Source of the DNA: Octopus sinensis
Lineage: Eukaryota
Assembly (NCBI RefSeq): GCF_006345805.1
Contig: NC_043004.1
Span: 9,114,001 to 9,178,000 of the forward strand
Direction of reading: 5' to 3'
DNA length: 64,000 nt
In this document: positions 1 to 14,611 of the stretch, piece by piece
Numbering within the stretch: position 1 is the first letter of the stretch
How the letters are laid out: every line of letters begins with the position of its first letter
Notes under the pieces: model-generated
Seen by the model: the letters and a program-made list of their open reading frames with translations, nothing else
Databases searched by the model: none
What the model was told of the DNA's origin: nothing
Translations under genes and position numbers: made by a program

Positions 1-5
1 TATAT

Positions 6-75
<70 letters not shown>

Positions 76-396
76 TATATATATATGTATATGTAGATAT
101 GTATGTATGTATATATTTGTGTATGTATATATATATAGATGTATATATATATATAGATGCATATATACATGTTTATACGCATACATAAATATACATATGT
201 GTGTATACACATATTAGTATGAATTGCAAAGCAACAATTCGAAAAAGCAACACTTTGCATAAATTCACACCCTGCCCCTCCCCGCCCCCGAAATGAAAGC
301 AAAAAAAGCAATAAAGAAGTCAAAAAACCTGTCTGAGTCAATCAAAATTGAATGTAGCAATGATCTACTGAGGTAATAGATTTTATTAAACGCTAT

Positions 397-443
<47 letters not shown>

Positions 444-497
444 CATATATATGTATATATGTATGTATATGTTTATGCATGTGTATATGTATGTATG

Positions 498-531
<34 letters not shown>

Positions 532-543
532 ATCTATATATAT

Positions 544-617
<74 letters not shown>

Positions 618-914
618 GCATATTGAAAATGGATGAGGAAAACCTATCAGACGAGAAACAGTTGTTTAAAAACCAAAAGCACGTCGACGGTTTCCGCCCG
701 TTAAAAAATATTCAGCCGCCACAAGAAATGAGGGGGGAAAAAGAAAGGAAAAAGGTAAAAAGGAAAAAAAGGCATTTTTGTGTATGTTTTCGCCGAGAAG
801 TTGCTGGTTGCTGTTGTTTCATTGTTGATTCATTTTGAAAAAAGTTTTATTTGTAATTACATTCGGTTTGTTTCAGCGACAAACAGGATCGAATCTAGTT
901 TTTTTAGCATTTCA

Positions 915-983
<69 letters not shown>

Positions 984-1338
984 ACAAAAGCATAAACACA
1001 CGCACACATACACTTATATATGTATTTATGCGTTTGTGTTTGTGTGTGTGTGTATATTTATATATATTTATATATATTTATATATTTGCATACATATACA
1101 TTTGTATATATATATTTACATATGTTCATGCGTAGATACACAGATATGCACACATGACAAAAAACATGTATGTGTATATATATATATATATATACAGAAG
1201 AGAGAGAGAGAGAGAGAGAGAGTGAGAAGTAGAGATATTGATAGATTGAATGATAGATGGATAATTATATAGAAAGATTGATAGCTTGCTAGATAAACAG
1301 ATATATATATATATATATATATTATTATATATATATAA

Positions 1339-1510
<172 letters not shown>

Positions 1511-1884
1511 TGGCTGTATGTATGTAAGTATCAAGATTGTTAAAGTGATGTTGTAGACCGATAGAAAACGATGGTTGTTCGACGTGTCTGCATATAAGCG
1601 ATTAATGTTTGAAGACTATTAAAAACTCTGCGAAAATGTGAACCTTATACTGGAGGAAATAAAATGGCATAATTTAATAGAACCGCCATTTTTTTAAAAC
1701 TCTTATCGTGTCTCTCCCTCCTCTCAACCGTTAAAGAAACAAAAGTTGGGAAACCCTAAGCACGCGCAGAACTTTAATGATGTACGAGAGGGAGAGAGAG
1801 AGAGAAGGGGAGAGAGAATGAGGAGACAGATAGATAGAGAAAATGAGAGGGACATTAGAAAGGGAAAGAGAAATTTTGATCTTG

Positions 1885-1916
<32 letters not shown>

Positions 1917-2770
1917 CATACACACATGCAATATATATATATATATATATATAATATATAATATATATATATAATAATATATATTATACATACACCCATG
2001 CATATATATATATACATATATAGTTATGCATATACGCACATTACACCCCTACATCTGTATATCCACACATACAGGCCCACACACAAACACATGCATATAT
2101 AAATGTCTGAATCGGCGGTGTTGGAGTGATGGCTGCTGCTGTTTATACAGTTTTTCTTTCTGCAAATACGTTTACAAACAAAAATCAAGAAATAAATTAA
2201 AAGAAAAGTTTTAAACCCAACAACCTGCCTCTCACCGAGCGTCTAAAAAACAAAGAACGATAAAATATGTATAAAAGGCATCTACACACGGGTGTGTCTG
2301 CGTGTGTGTGTATATTCGTATATATATTATATATATATATATAATAATATATATATAGAATTATATACTATATATATATATATATATATATCATATACAT
2401 ATACATACATATATATATTTACATACATACATATATATAAATACACAGATATATATATATAATACACATAATATATATGTGTATAGTATATATATATATA
2501 TGTGTGTGTGTGTGTATAATATATATAAATACGAAATAGACGTAAAATTACAGATACAGAATATATATAAACAAATTAGAGGACAACAAATTTAGCGCAT
2601 TTAACGAAACACTTTATGTTTATACGCACACAAATTCATACATGAATGTATATATATATATATATATATATATCACATATACTTATTTATATGTGCTTAA
2701 AAAATATGTGTGTTTATGTACTTATACATAGATAATTATATAAATATGTGTATGTTCTTCTGTGTATGTC

Positions 2771-2824
<54 letters not shown>

Positions 2825-3265
2825 GAATGTGCGTTGCAATAGTCATATGGAAATGTCCTCTGGAATTATCGGCAAACCAATAAAATAAAACTGTTCTTGA
2901 GAATTTGATAAAAACGAAATGAAAATAGAGAAAAAAGGAAAATGGCGATTGTTTTAGCGACGTTGATGGAATATAAGTATTGAAAATGGTGTTAATCTTC
3001 ATCGGCAAATAAATACATTGGAAAAATCTACACAGTGAACTTTTAATGTTTACACACACACACACACTTGGATGTGCGTTGCATGCAAACAACATGTATA
3101 CATATGAGTATATATATACGTACCTTCATTGCAAGCATATACATTCTATGTATATGTACATATATAATATGTGTGTGTGTATGTATGTATACACACACGC
3201 ACACACACATATGTATGTATGTTTCTGTGTGTGTGTGTGTATATATATATGTATGTATACACACA

Positions 3266-3312
<47 letters not shown>

Positions 3313-3552
3313 GTGTAATGCGCTGTGTATGTTTGTGTGTGCTTTTGAGCGTGCGCTTACGCCAACAGAATTTTTCGTATAAACAATATAAATTTTAAAT
3401 GTAAATAGTAACTCATTTGTTACGAAACATGCCATTCTTTGTTCGATTATTGTGAGTGGTGGTCGATCTCCATTATTTCTTGTGGAATTTTTTGTTTACG
3501 CATGTACCTTTAATACATACATACATACATATCTATCTAACTATACATATAT

Positions 3553-3599
<47 letters not shown>

Positions 3600-3600
<1 letters not shown>

Positions 3601-3800
3601 GTTAATCCAAAAAAGAAAACAAAAAGACAACAACGCGAGGATGTGGAACAAATAAAGTATTATTGGACGCTCAGGAAGGAAGGGAAGAAGGAGGGTATGA
3701 CGTTTCGAGCGGAGCTCTTCGTCGGAAACATAGGAGAAAGAAAGATCCCGAGGCGGGAGGACAGAGGGAAAAAAATTGCAGGTAGTCTTCACGAGGTCAC
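3600..3800 (-). mobile_element. Same family, HHR-like motif at 3696-3729
   Basis: Reverse complement reads GTTT-CCGACGA-AGAGCTCCGCTC-GAAAC-GTC-ATAC. Abuts (TA)n. Confidence 0.7.
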
Positions 3801-4242
3801 ATATATTCATATACATATATACATACACATGTATATGTGTGTGCAGTGTGCGTATGTACTTGCGCACTCGTGTCTGTAAATGTATGTATGTATATACATA
3901 CGCATTGTATGGGATAAACACGTAGCAGAATGTTTTTTTTTCAATAGTTTTCTGCTGATTATCGATGCACTAGTGAGAGAGCCTTTTACTTTGCGATCGT
4001 TCAGAGGAAAATCGAAAGCAAAAAATCAAATTAGAGGGAGACAATTTGGTCGAATGGAGAACAACGACACGTTGTTCCATTGCTCAAATGCAACCGGAAG
4101 GGTTGAGCAAGAGTTTAACAACGTCTTCTCATCTTGTTTATTACAAAAAAAACTGTTTTAGCAACCGAGAGAACATGGCAGATGCAGGCGGACCCGGGTG
4201 CTGGACGGTAGAGAACGCTATCATTTTACAGCGGTGATACTG

Positions 4243-4597
4243 GGGCACTGCCTGGAAGGAATTTTAGTCGAATGAATCGCTCTTCGTTCTTATTCTTTTA
4301 AAAAGCTGGTGCTTATTCTGTAAAGGATTTTGTTGAACCGCTAAGTTAAAAGGACATAAATACACCAACACCGATTGCCAAGTGTTTGCGGGCGACAGAG
4401 GTACAAAAACACACACGCACACGCACACATACATATATACGACAGGCTTCTTTCAGTTTCCGTATACCAAATGCACTCATAAGAATTTGGTCGGCCCGAG
4501 GCTATAGTAGAAGGCATTTGCCCAAGGTGCCACGCAGTGGGACTGAACTCGGACCCATATGTGGTTGGGAAGCAAACTGCTTGCCACACAGTCACAC
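4243..4597 (-). mobile_element. SINE family A, diverged
   Basis: Shares ggcttctttcagtttccgt and cacttgcccaaggtgccacgcagtgggactgaac blocks. Confidence 0.8.
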
Positions 4598-5338
4598 ATC
4601 AAGATAATTTGTCAGTCACTGATCGCTGTCCCAATGAGACTGAATTCAATCGCATTCACCTGGCTCAAGTCCCCTTACATAGTTTGAGGTTTGCTTGTGA
4701 CGGAGCCCGTTTCTGTTTTCTGTTTCAAATTGAAGCTCGCTTTGCAATGATGCAGTTTCGAGGTTCCATTCCACTGTGTGGCGTTTCGGTTCTTGGGTTA
4801 GTGTTATGTGAACGAATGTGGTTAAGGGGTTAATTACAGGGATTTGTCGGGATTATTGGTGGTTGTGGTTGTGGTTTTGGTGTGAAAAGTACGCTTTGAG
4901 GAAGGAGATCAGATGATTGCTCCTGTGTTATGAAATCTTTCGATGAATCAAAGAGAATATTTGGCAGCTGCGATAGGAAGAACAACAAGAAGAACAACAA
5001 ACTCGAGTAAAGACAAGTATATGATCGAAAAGAAGAAACAGCATCAACAACACCTATAACAAAAACGATGAGACAGAGAAAATTCTCGACGACCTACGTT
5101 CAAGCATAATTGTGTATAAAACTATTTTGAACCTGTAAGACATAATTCATAAATGAATTTCTGCTATCAATAATTGATTGTTTATCTTTTGTCCTTTCAT
5201 TACTCGTTCACGTTTTGCATTTCTTCTTTTGCCGGACTATTTTGTCCTGGTTAAGGAGTTGGATGTTTTTAAATGTCGTCACTCCGAGCTCTAATTCGGT
5301 GCTTATCTATTCTCCGCATTCGCTAGCATCTTTTCACC

Positions 5339-5369
<31 letters not shown>

Positions 5370-5462
5370 TGTATGTATGTATGTATGTATGTATGTATGT
5401 ATGTATGTATGTATGTATGTATGTATATATATATATATATATACACATATATATACTTATAT

Positions 5463-5508
<46 letters not shown>

Positions 5509-5659
5509 CATATATATATATAACAATATTTTATAATTACGAGTATAATTATAATTAGGGCTCAACAAAAATTTGCTTTACCACATACCGAAGTTAGAAA
5601 TAGCAGCCAAAAAACCTATATATATATAATATATATATATATATATTATAGGACGCCAT

Positions 5660-5990
5660 GATAGATCGTTAGCTCCTAAACGCATTTTTTTCTCTCCTTG
5701 CTTGTCTCCTTGTTTTTTTTCTGTGTATCTTTCTGTCGAAGAGCGTAGGCTCGAAACGTCAAAGACTTTTTCTATTTCTATTCCTGGGCGCTATACTAAT
5801 ACATTTGTTTGTTTGTACTCCACGTACCTTCGTCTTTTGTTTATTTTTGTAAACTTTCCCGTTATATATATATATATATTTTTTAATTTTATTTTGTTAA
5901 CAAAACTATCCGACGAACGGGAACGTGAAACTCCGAGTAACAGCTTTTGTTATATTTCTTCTGCTTTTAAATAAAGCATATTAATCTACC
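5660..5990 (+). mobile_element. Sibling pLTR-like element(s) with two HHR-like motifs (5728-5765; 5906-5943)
   Basis: TCTTT-CTGTCGA-A-GAGC-GTAG-GCTC-GAAAC-GTC-AAAGA, and CTAT-CCGACGA-ACG-GGAA-CGT-GAAA-CTCCGAG-TA-ACAG. Confidence 0.6.
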
Positions 5991-6087
5991 TCTGGTATTT
6001 GAGTACTCTTTTTTCCACCTTGTTTCACATTTATGTGCTTACTCCGGTATATACATATACACTTATATGCATGTATGTATATGTGCC

Positions 6088-6243
6088 ACTGGCTTCTTTC
6101 AGTTTCCGCCTACCAAATCCACTCACAAGGCTTTGGTCGGACCGAGGCTACAGTAGAAGGTACTTGCTAACGTGCCACGCAGTGAGACTGAACTTGGAAT
6201 CATGTGGATGGTAAGCAAGCTACTTACTACACAGCCACTCCTG
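6088..6243 (-). mobile_element. SINE family A 5' half (other partial copies at 7646-7837, 17058-17220, 32511-32608, 33762-33962)
   Basis: Shared sequence blocks with the full copies. Confidence 0.75.
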
Positions 6244-7842
6244 TGTCTGAATAAATACGAGTGTTTTACTGTTCTTGTCTGGTCCCAGGTCAACACTAAA
6301 CAATATCTAGCATAATCCCAGTCGCGACACTGTTCTCTGTTTTTCTCAGACACTGTGTGTCAAAGCGTACCTTATTCAATGTGTTTTGTTTCCTCCAAGA
6401 CGGTTTAGTGTGATGTAATTGAAATTGGTCTGATGTTGATGGTTAGCATGGTTAGCATAAAGGCCATGTTTGGCTCTTCAGGGTATCTCAGCATCTTGTG
6501 TTGGAGCCGTCGTTGTCAGAATCAGTGAACATGCTGTATGTATGTTGCATTGAGAATAAATCCTTTTTTAACAGTGGAACTCGAATTAGATATAGCTATA
6601 AATTCTTTCTACTATTGGCAAAAAGCCTGAAATCCTAGGAGGTTTACATCAACCCCAGTGCTCGACTGTTCCCGAATAGATGAAAGGCAAAGTCAACCTC
6701 GGTGGCATCAGAAGAAATACCACTAAACGTTTAGTCCGGTAACGATTCTGCCAGTTCGCCGCCTTAATTAAAGCTACGAATAACAACGCGTAAATATTAG
6801 CTTAAAAGAACAACTTATAGGCATGCAATATGCAGGCAATATAATGAGGTTTATGCAATATGTATGAAGTAGATAGAAAATAATTTACAATATGCAAGGA
6901 ATATGTTGCAGTTAATCGGCGGTTTGTAATATGCAGTACAGAGTCTGCAATCACCAGTGTGTGGCATGAAGCATTGTAGTTAAAGCGAAAATCAAGAGTG
7001 GCTGAAGAGAAGGGTAAATAATGTTAGAATGTAAATGGTTGTCATCGCATAAGCCAAGTGATGACAAGTGATGACAAGAGAGGAGAAGTGGGCACAAGTG
7101 CTATGAGATAACCCCTATCGGACAGTTGACCTACCAAACCGGAACTGAAGTGGTTAATTACACATCAGTTTTTAGCGTCGCATCCGCCAGGCACCATTCA
7201 TTGTCAACAGTCAACAACATCGTAGCACACACACACACACACACACACTGTAAGCCTGTGTGTACATGTACATGTGTGCATGTGTGTGCGTGTGTGGTGC
7301 TGGTTGTGAGAGGAGAGCAGGATTAGGTGTGGTGGGGGTGGGGAATGCAGTTATTGACAAATCCGCCGCCAGTGAGTTCTTATTTTCCGTTCCATCCCCG
7401 TCACCGCCACAGCGACCAACACAAACGTCGCTGCATTGGATAATGTCGTCTTGGGTTTATTGCAATTAGAAAAAGAACGAGATAGCCACGACTGGAACGC
7501 TTTTGATTATATCAACTGGGGTTAAACAGCAGCAAGGACAACAATGAGAAAACGTCTACACGATCGCTCGACCTGTTAGTTATAGAAGTCAAATTTCCCC
7601 TCAAATCATTCAGTCTACCACTTACTATAACCCCGATATTTCTTCTTTTATCTTTTACTTGTTTCAGTAATTAGTCTGCGGCCATGCTGGAGCACCGCCT
7701 TGAAAGGTTTCTTTGGACAAACCAACACCAGTTCTTATTGTTTTTAATGTCTGGCACTTATTTTATCGGTCTCTTCTGCCGACAAGATTAGTTACAACGG
7801 CATAAACAAACTAATTCCGGTTGCCAACCGGTGGCGGGAACA

Positions 7843-7880
<38 letters not shown>

Positions 7881-8760
7881 TACACACACACACACACGCA
7901 TGCACACCTACATATATTTATACGATGGGATTCTGCACAGTTTCTGTCATATAGCACTTGCTTAAGGTTCCGTGCAGTGGGACTGAACCTGAAACCACAG
8001 AATTGCAAAGCGAGACTCTTAACAACAGCCAAAATTAGATTCATATTAAAGAAAGGTGTGTGGAGGGGGGGGGAGGGAAGAACTGTCCCTAGACCTGGCA
8101 CCACGTTGATCATATGTCTACGGAATCAGAAATGGCTTGAAATTAAACAACAACAACAACAACAATAACAGCCACTAGCGCAGCAAACAGAATCACGACT
8201 TCAACTATTATGCAACCACCACCACCACCACCACAACCACCGCCGCCACCTCCGCCGCCACCACCAACACAACTAGTTCCACCACAGTGACTATTTCCGA
8301 AGCAATCTTTACGTAAAGTATATTCTTCGCCTCTACCAGCGCACAGCACTACTACACCTACAACCATCATCATCACCATCACCATCAGTACTTACTTTGG
8401 CTACTTCTGAAGCTGTGGTTACAGATCTGTGGTAGTAGTAGTAGTGTTGGTCGTAGTTGTTAGGGGTGATAATAGAATGATGGTGGGAGAACGACTGTTG
8501 CTTCAAGTGTTGTTATTGTTCACGACGACGATGATGATGATGATGATGATGATGACGATGATGACATCGTCATCAACAACACCAAAGAGGATGACTGCGA
8601 CGAGAATAATGATGAGGATTGTAATGATACTGATATGAATATTAATAAAGGTGAAGATGAGGGTGGAGAAAATGATGTTAGGAATTTAGAACGTTGTGTT
8701 AAGGTCTTCAGCAAAAAGAATATACCCGGAAATGAAGCTCGGCAGGCTTCATCGAGATAC

Positions 8761-9172
8761 TCTTTTTACTCTTTTACTCTTTTACTCTTTTACTTGTTTC
8801 AGTCATTTGACTGCGGCCATGCTGGAGCACCGCCTTTAGTCGAGCAAATCGACCCCGGGACTTATTCTTTGTAAGCCCAGTACTTATTCTATCGGTCTCT
8901 TTTGCCGAACCGCTAAGTGACGGGGACGTAAACACACCAGCATCGGTTGTCAAGCAATGCTAGGGGGACAAACACAGACACACAAACACACACACACATA
9001 TATATATACGACAGGCTTCTTTCAGTTTCCGTCTACCAAATCCACTCACAAGGCATTGGTCGGCCCGGGGCCATAGCAGAAGACACTTGCCCAAGATGCC
9101 ACGCATTGGGACTGAACCCGGAACCATGTGGTTGGTTAGCAAGCTACTTACCACACAGCCACTCCTGCGCCT
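8761..9172 (-). mobile_element. Full-length tRNA-derived SINE (family A)
   Basis: Head aggcgcaggagtggctgtgtggtaag...ggttcagtccc with A/B-box-like motifs, internal CA/TA tract, (AAAAGAGT)n tail. Very similar to 54633-55045. Confidence 0.9.
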
Positions 9173-9506
9173 ATGTTTGACAAATTACTATACAGTATAC
9201 CAAAACGCTAAATATAGAAGGACCTTACAGTTGACATCACTTCCTATTTAGTATACAGAATACTACTCAGAGATATTTTCCTCAATCATATTCTTGACAT
9301 AACATAATAAGCGACGCTACAACTCCTCTTCTCTTACAGAACACGTTTAGTCTGGTCAATTTAGTGGAATACACTTCACTGAGGTGGCCAAATAACATCG
9401 AGACACATCCATTGCTTTCACGAGTTGGCTTTAAATGAAGTTTTTAAATACTAGCCTACAAATATATAATCCCTTTTTTTATTACGTGGCTGCATGTGTT
9501 CATGTG

Positions 9507-9577
<71 letters not shown>

Positions 9578-9624
9578 GTCCATCTATCTATCTATCTTTA
9601 TCTATCTGTCAGTCTGTCTGTCCG

Positions 9625-9673
<49 letters not shown>

Positions 9674-9696
9674 TTATCTATCTATCTATATCTATC

Positions 9697-9764
<68 letters not shown>

Positions 9765-10389
9765 ATCTAACTATCTATCGTTCAATAATGCCTGGCACAA
9801 GAAGTTACATCGTTAGTGTGAATAAATATAATCGAATTAAATAAATTAATTATACAACTGGTACATATCTAATTCTAATTGAGAGCCGCGAGAGGATAAA
9901 GGAGCAGTCGACCGTGGCCGGATTTGAACTCAGAACATCGAAGGACGAAACTAAATATAATTATATCTTTAGTGGCAATCCTTCTCTGTGCTTTACTCCC
10001 GCCCCCACCACCGTAAGCCCCACCCCGAATTAAAATAAGTCATAAGAAATTAATATAAATTTGTTAAGTCCATGTTGTCCTTGATATTGCCATCATTAAA
10101 ACCTTATCATTTCACACATCTCTTGCTATTTTGCTTTTTATTTTTGTTTCATGTTTGAATTGTTGTTGTAGTTTGTTGTTTTGTAGTAGAAATTGTTGTT
10201 GTAGCTTTTGTTGCTTTTGTTTTTGTTTTTGTTGTTGTTCAATATGTCCGTACTGGCTGATGCTTGTTTTTACCGCTCTCACACTTTTTGCATAGAAGCA
10301 TGCGTTTAAATACATAAATGAATAAATGAACAAAAAATATGTTGGGAGTGGTTGAATGCTGAGTGAACAATTATTCCGACTGGGACTCC

Positions 10390-10780
10390 CTTCCCCGCCA
10401 TCCCCGCCATCCCCGCCATCCCCGGCCCCTTGTTGTCTGTTAAAGTTGGAAGCGATGATGCTGTTCTACAATGGAGAAAGCGCTTATAATGATGATGAGA
10501 TAAGAGGAAAACAAGGCGACAGCCATTGATTAGCCCTATGTAGAGTTACAACCTTTAATCTAATTACAGCTTTGTGGATGACCTCAAATCACCGTAACGT
10601 TGTATATGGCACCAAACAATGGCGCGCTCGGCCAAGATGGCCGCCTTTTGTGCGGCATAATTTGTATTCAGACATGTCAGGACAAGATTAATTTCATTTT
10701 CGCGCGCCGCAACGGCCAATATACCGGGCCTTGCTGCTTGCTCATTGACGGACAAGTATCGGCGACGACTACAACAAAAA
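10390..10780. promoter_or_regulatory. CpG-rich unique island with G4-prone tract, YY1-like and CCAAT motifs
   Basis: Five C4 runs at 10393-10429, CAAGATGGCCGCC at 10633-45, GGCCAAT at 10714-20, GCGCGC clusters and TAAT motifs. Motif presence only. Confidence 0.35.
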
Positions 10781-10935
10781 AAAATATAATAAAAAGAAAT
10801 CCAACAACAACAACAACAACAATAGTTGCAGCGATGGAAACTGCAGCAGCAGCAGCAGTGACAGTGATAGCAGCAGATTCTTATGGTTTGAAAGTAAGTG
10901 AAGATTATTTTGAAGATGACGGGAAGAATAGGGTT

Positions 10936-10980
<45 letters not shown>

Positions 10981-11931
10981 GGAGAGAGAAAGAGGGGAGA
11001 GAGTGTATGTGTGTGTGAGTAGAGACGAGTGAAGTGGAGTGCTGCAGATGTAAAAAGCAGTTAAAGGGATACGAGTGATAAGAGGTGAACCCGACGACAA
11101 CAACAACAACAACAACAAGCATAGACAGAAAGAATAGACGAGAATGATGAGGGAGAGGCAGAGAGAGAGAGAGAGAGAGAGAGGGGGCGAGTTGAGATGG
11201 GAGAAAACCAGAAACAAAGACTGGCTGAAGGATACATTGATTTCGAAAGAATGTCTCGACTGTTCTTCGCTTAAACAGATCCTCATTCAAGTAACTATTT
11301 CTGCCCCTTCAGGGATAATAAGTTCAACAACAACAACAACAACAACACTATTTATAAAAAGCGTATAAAAATTGACACATTGCAGACATTTTTTCTGCCT
11401 CGGGTTAAAGAGAAAGAAAAAATGTAATAGCGAGAGAGAGAGAGAGAGGGAGAGAGAGCAAGAGAGAGAAAGAAAGAGAGAGGGAGAGAAGGGTAGGAGA
11501 GAAATAGAAAGAAACAGAAATAGAGACCGAGAGGTAATGTGAGAAAAGAAAAAGGAGGAATAGATAGAGAGATAAGATGAATGCAACAATTAGAGTGAGA
11601 GAGAGAGAGAGAGAAAGAAAGAAAGAAAGAAAGAATGAAGAAGAGGGTGAGAGCCAGGCTTTGTCACTGTCTCTTTCTCGCTATCGATGAAGAGAAAGAA
11701 ACGCAAAGAAAAGAGAGTAAGAGTGTGTGTGTATGTGAGAGAGAGAGAGAGACAGAGATAGAGAGCGTGAGAGTGAAAGACAAAGAATGAGAGAGAGAGA
11801 GAGACAGAGACAAAGGGAGGGAGAAAAGGGAGAGTCTGCGACGGTTGGTGACGTATTTGACATTATAAATTGACACTTTTTTGCGTCAGATCAGTTTGAA
11901 AACAAGAAGGGAGAGAGAGAGAGGGGGGAGG

Positions 11932-11974
<43 letters not shown>

Positions 11975-12822
11975 TGAGACATTTTATTTCTTTTCGTTTT
12001 TTTCTTTTCAAGAAACAAAAGTAATAAAAAGCGATTGAAATAAATGTGATGAAGATACGAGTGAATAAATAAGGGATTTGAATGAATACGGAAGCGCAAA
12101 ATAGAACACATTTACATAAGGCAGCTTAAGAATTACGTTTGGGAATCTTTCAAGATCAGCGCAATCCCTGCCGAGTTCTTAGTTTTGTTTTTCTTGTTCC
12201 ACCCGCCTCGTTTCATCAGCGACTCTGGCAACAATGCTTTCTTAAGTAATGATCACTTTTTACTTAGGCCACCAGGTCAATCCTTTTTTTTTTTATTATA
12301 AATAGGTTGGTGTTGGTCGTATTGATGATTGTTGTCGGTGATGTGATGTCGATAGTGGTGGTGGTTGTAGTGGTGATAAAATAGGGAAGTATGATGAGGG
12401 AGATGGTGGTGTTTTTTTTTCCCCATCCCCACTCTGAACAACATTATTCAAAATGCTCTTTCATTAAGTCAGTGGGGGTGTTATTTGAGAGGAATTTAGC
12501 TGCTATTTCTAGCCTATCGAGCGTCAGTCCATTGGGTCTTTCGTTCGAAAGATAAGGTGCTGGTCGTATTGACGTTGGAAGAAGATAATGTTAATCTTGT
12601 TGGTGGTGGCTGTGGTCGCACTGGGTGGGGTGTTGAGGGTGAGATAAAGCGATGTTGGTGGTGGAGTCTGTTATGATAGCTATACGGAGATGGAATCAGT
12701 TAATCTTATCTCGATGGAGTGCGAGTCAACGTCACAGTTTGACACGTCTAATTTACTTCTTAATGTCGCTTTACCAATGTATCTACCCATTCTCTCTCTC
12801 TCTCTCTCTCTCTCTGTCCCTA

Positions 12823-12872
<50 letters not shown>

Positions 12873-13164
12873 CCACACATATATTTGCTGCTGATGGTTT
12901 TATAGATTCGACATAGCAATGGCTTAACACCAAAGTAAAGTCTAAATATTTTAAGGCGGCCAACTGGCAGAACTGTTACAACGCCGGAAAAATTGCTTAA
13001 CGGCATTTCGTCCGTCCTTACGTTCTGAATTCAAATTTCGTAGAGATCGACTTTTCCTTTCATCATTTCGGGGTCGATAAAATAAGTACCAGTTGCGTAC
13101 TGGGGCCGATATTATCAACTTATTCCTCCCCCAAAATTCCAGGCTATTATCATTATTACTTAAC

Positions 13165-13520
13165 TTCTTATGTACCTCTGTCTCGTCTCAGCTCCATCCC
13201 GCAGATTAGAGACACAGCACTTTCTGAACACATAAGCTGTTTTAAGCATTGCTGACATCTAAATTACTTCCTATGAAGTTTGGTACTTGCAGCTTTTGAT
13301 GCCAGAATATTGCACTCTTTGAGAGGATCCCAAGTACACTGATCGCAAGAGGTACCACACTCACTTTTGAGGCTGTATGGACTCATTTTACTTCCAATCC
13401 TTGATCTTACTTTCTCGTCCTGTCTTTGCAATATTCTGGTCTACATTGATGAAGGCCCATTCTTTGGAATCCTTCCGTGGGTTATATTGCAGTTTCTGTG
13501 TATATTGGCAGATCCCATGT
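13165..13520 (-). mobile_element. R4/Dong-like 3' remnant
   Basis: WDLPIYTE and VPLAISVLG..QKVL in reverse translation, followed by a TAA-like tail. Confidence 0.55.
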
Positions 13521-13528
13521 GAGATAGC

Positions 13529-14106
13529 ACCGCTGTCGCCACCACAATCACCACAACAATAACAATAACAAGAACTGGCCCAGCATCACCCACTCCTTAA
13601 TTCAACCCACAGTAGATGACCGGGTCAGCAGGCAATTCTGCGACAACAATTACAGCTACAACAAACCAGCTCTGATTTAGCCACACAAAATAATTTCAAT
13701 ATATTACTTTGTTCAAAGAGTAAGAAAAAATATTCAGCGAAAGTTTTCATCTGAAAATCCTTTCTGAATGTATATTTTGGGAAATTTCAAAATTTTTCTT
13801 TCCTTTTTCGCGAATAATAATCCTCTCTGACTAGTGGAAATAAAATGACTTTTTTAACGTCCGTCTCTGTTCATATATATATATACGTGGGTAGTGATGC
13901 ATTTACTACCATAAATCTCCAACTACAGCAACGATTCTTCACATACTTTTCAACAGTCACTAGTACCGCCGTCGCCACCATAATCACAACAATAACAAGA
14001 ACTGACCAAGCATCACCCACTCCTTAATTCAACCCACAGTTGATGACCGGGTCAGCAGGTAATTCTGCGACAACAATTTCAGCTACAATAAACCAGCTCT
14101 AATTTA
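13529..14106. repeat. Direct repeat pair of ~145 bp (13529-13680; 13965-14106)
   Basis: Both contain gcatcacccactccttaattcaacccacag..gatgaccgggtcagcagg..aattctgcgacaacaatt. Confidence 0.9.
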
Positions 14107-14339
14107 CCGACATTTTCATATCACTAACTACTGCTAAATCAAAAGAAATTCAATTTATTGCATCTTTAGCGACTTCAGATATTGTGGATAAAACAAATTC
14201 TCATACTGGTGGGTGGAGGGGCTGAAATCCTAACTGGAGGTGCTGAGCGCCCCGTAGCCCCTCGTAGCTACGTGCCTGATTTACGTAGGATATGGGCAGT
14301 TCCCATAGGCACTATTTTTTTTAATTTATGCGTTTTGGG

Positions 14340-14500
14340 ATTTTATGGTATCTAAGCTAGGTTGCAATGAGCCCCTTTTACTTCCTAGGGCAGCTATCAC
14401 AACAGGTATGCTTGTTTCTGTTTTAATCAAACTTGTCCCTTGCTTTTTCTATTGTTCCTATATATTTTTGTGTTCGGCCATTGTGGCCAATAAAGAAAAG
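14340..14500 (+). mobile_element. 3' terminus of a second Tx1-like copy
   Basis: Same terminal tgtgttcg..ttgtggccaataaagaaa, followed by ~110 bp of (ATT)n. Confidence 0.6.
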
Positions 14501-14564
14501 ATTATTATTATTATTATTATTATTATCATTATTATTATTATTATCATTATTATTATTATTATTA

Positions 14565-14609
<45 letters not shown>

Positions 14610-14611
14610 GT

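Noticed and set aside
10600-10971. 123-aa ORF over the CpG island
   Set aside because: No recognisable domain, and it runs into AAC, GCA and GT repeats. The island is better explained as non-coding.
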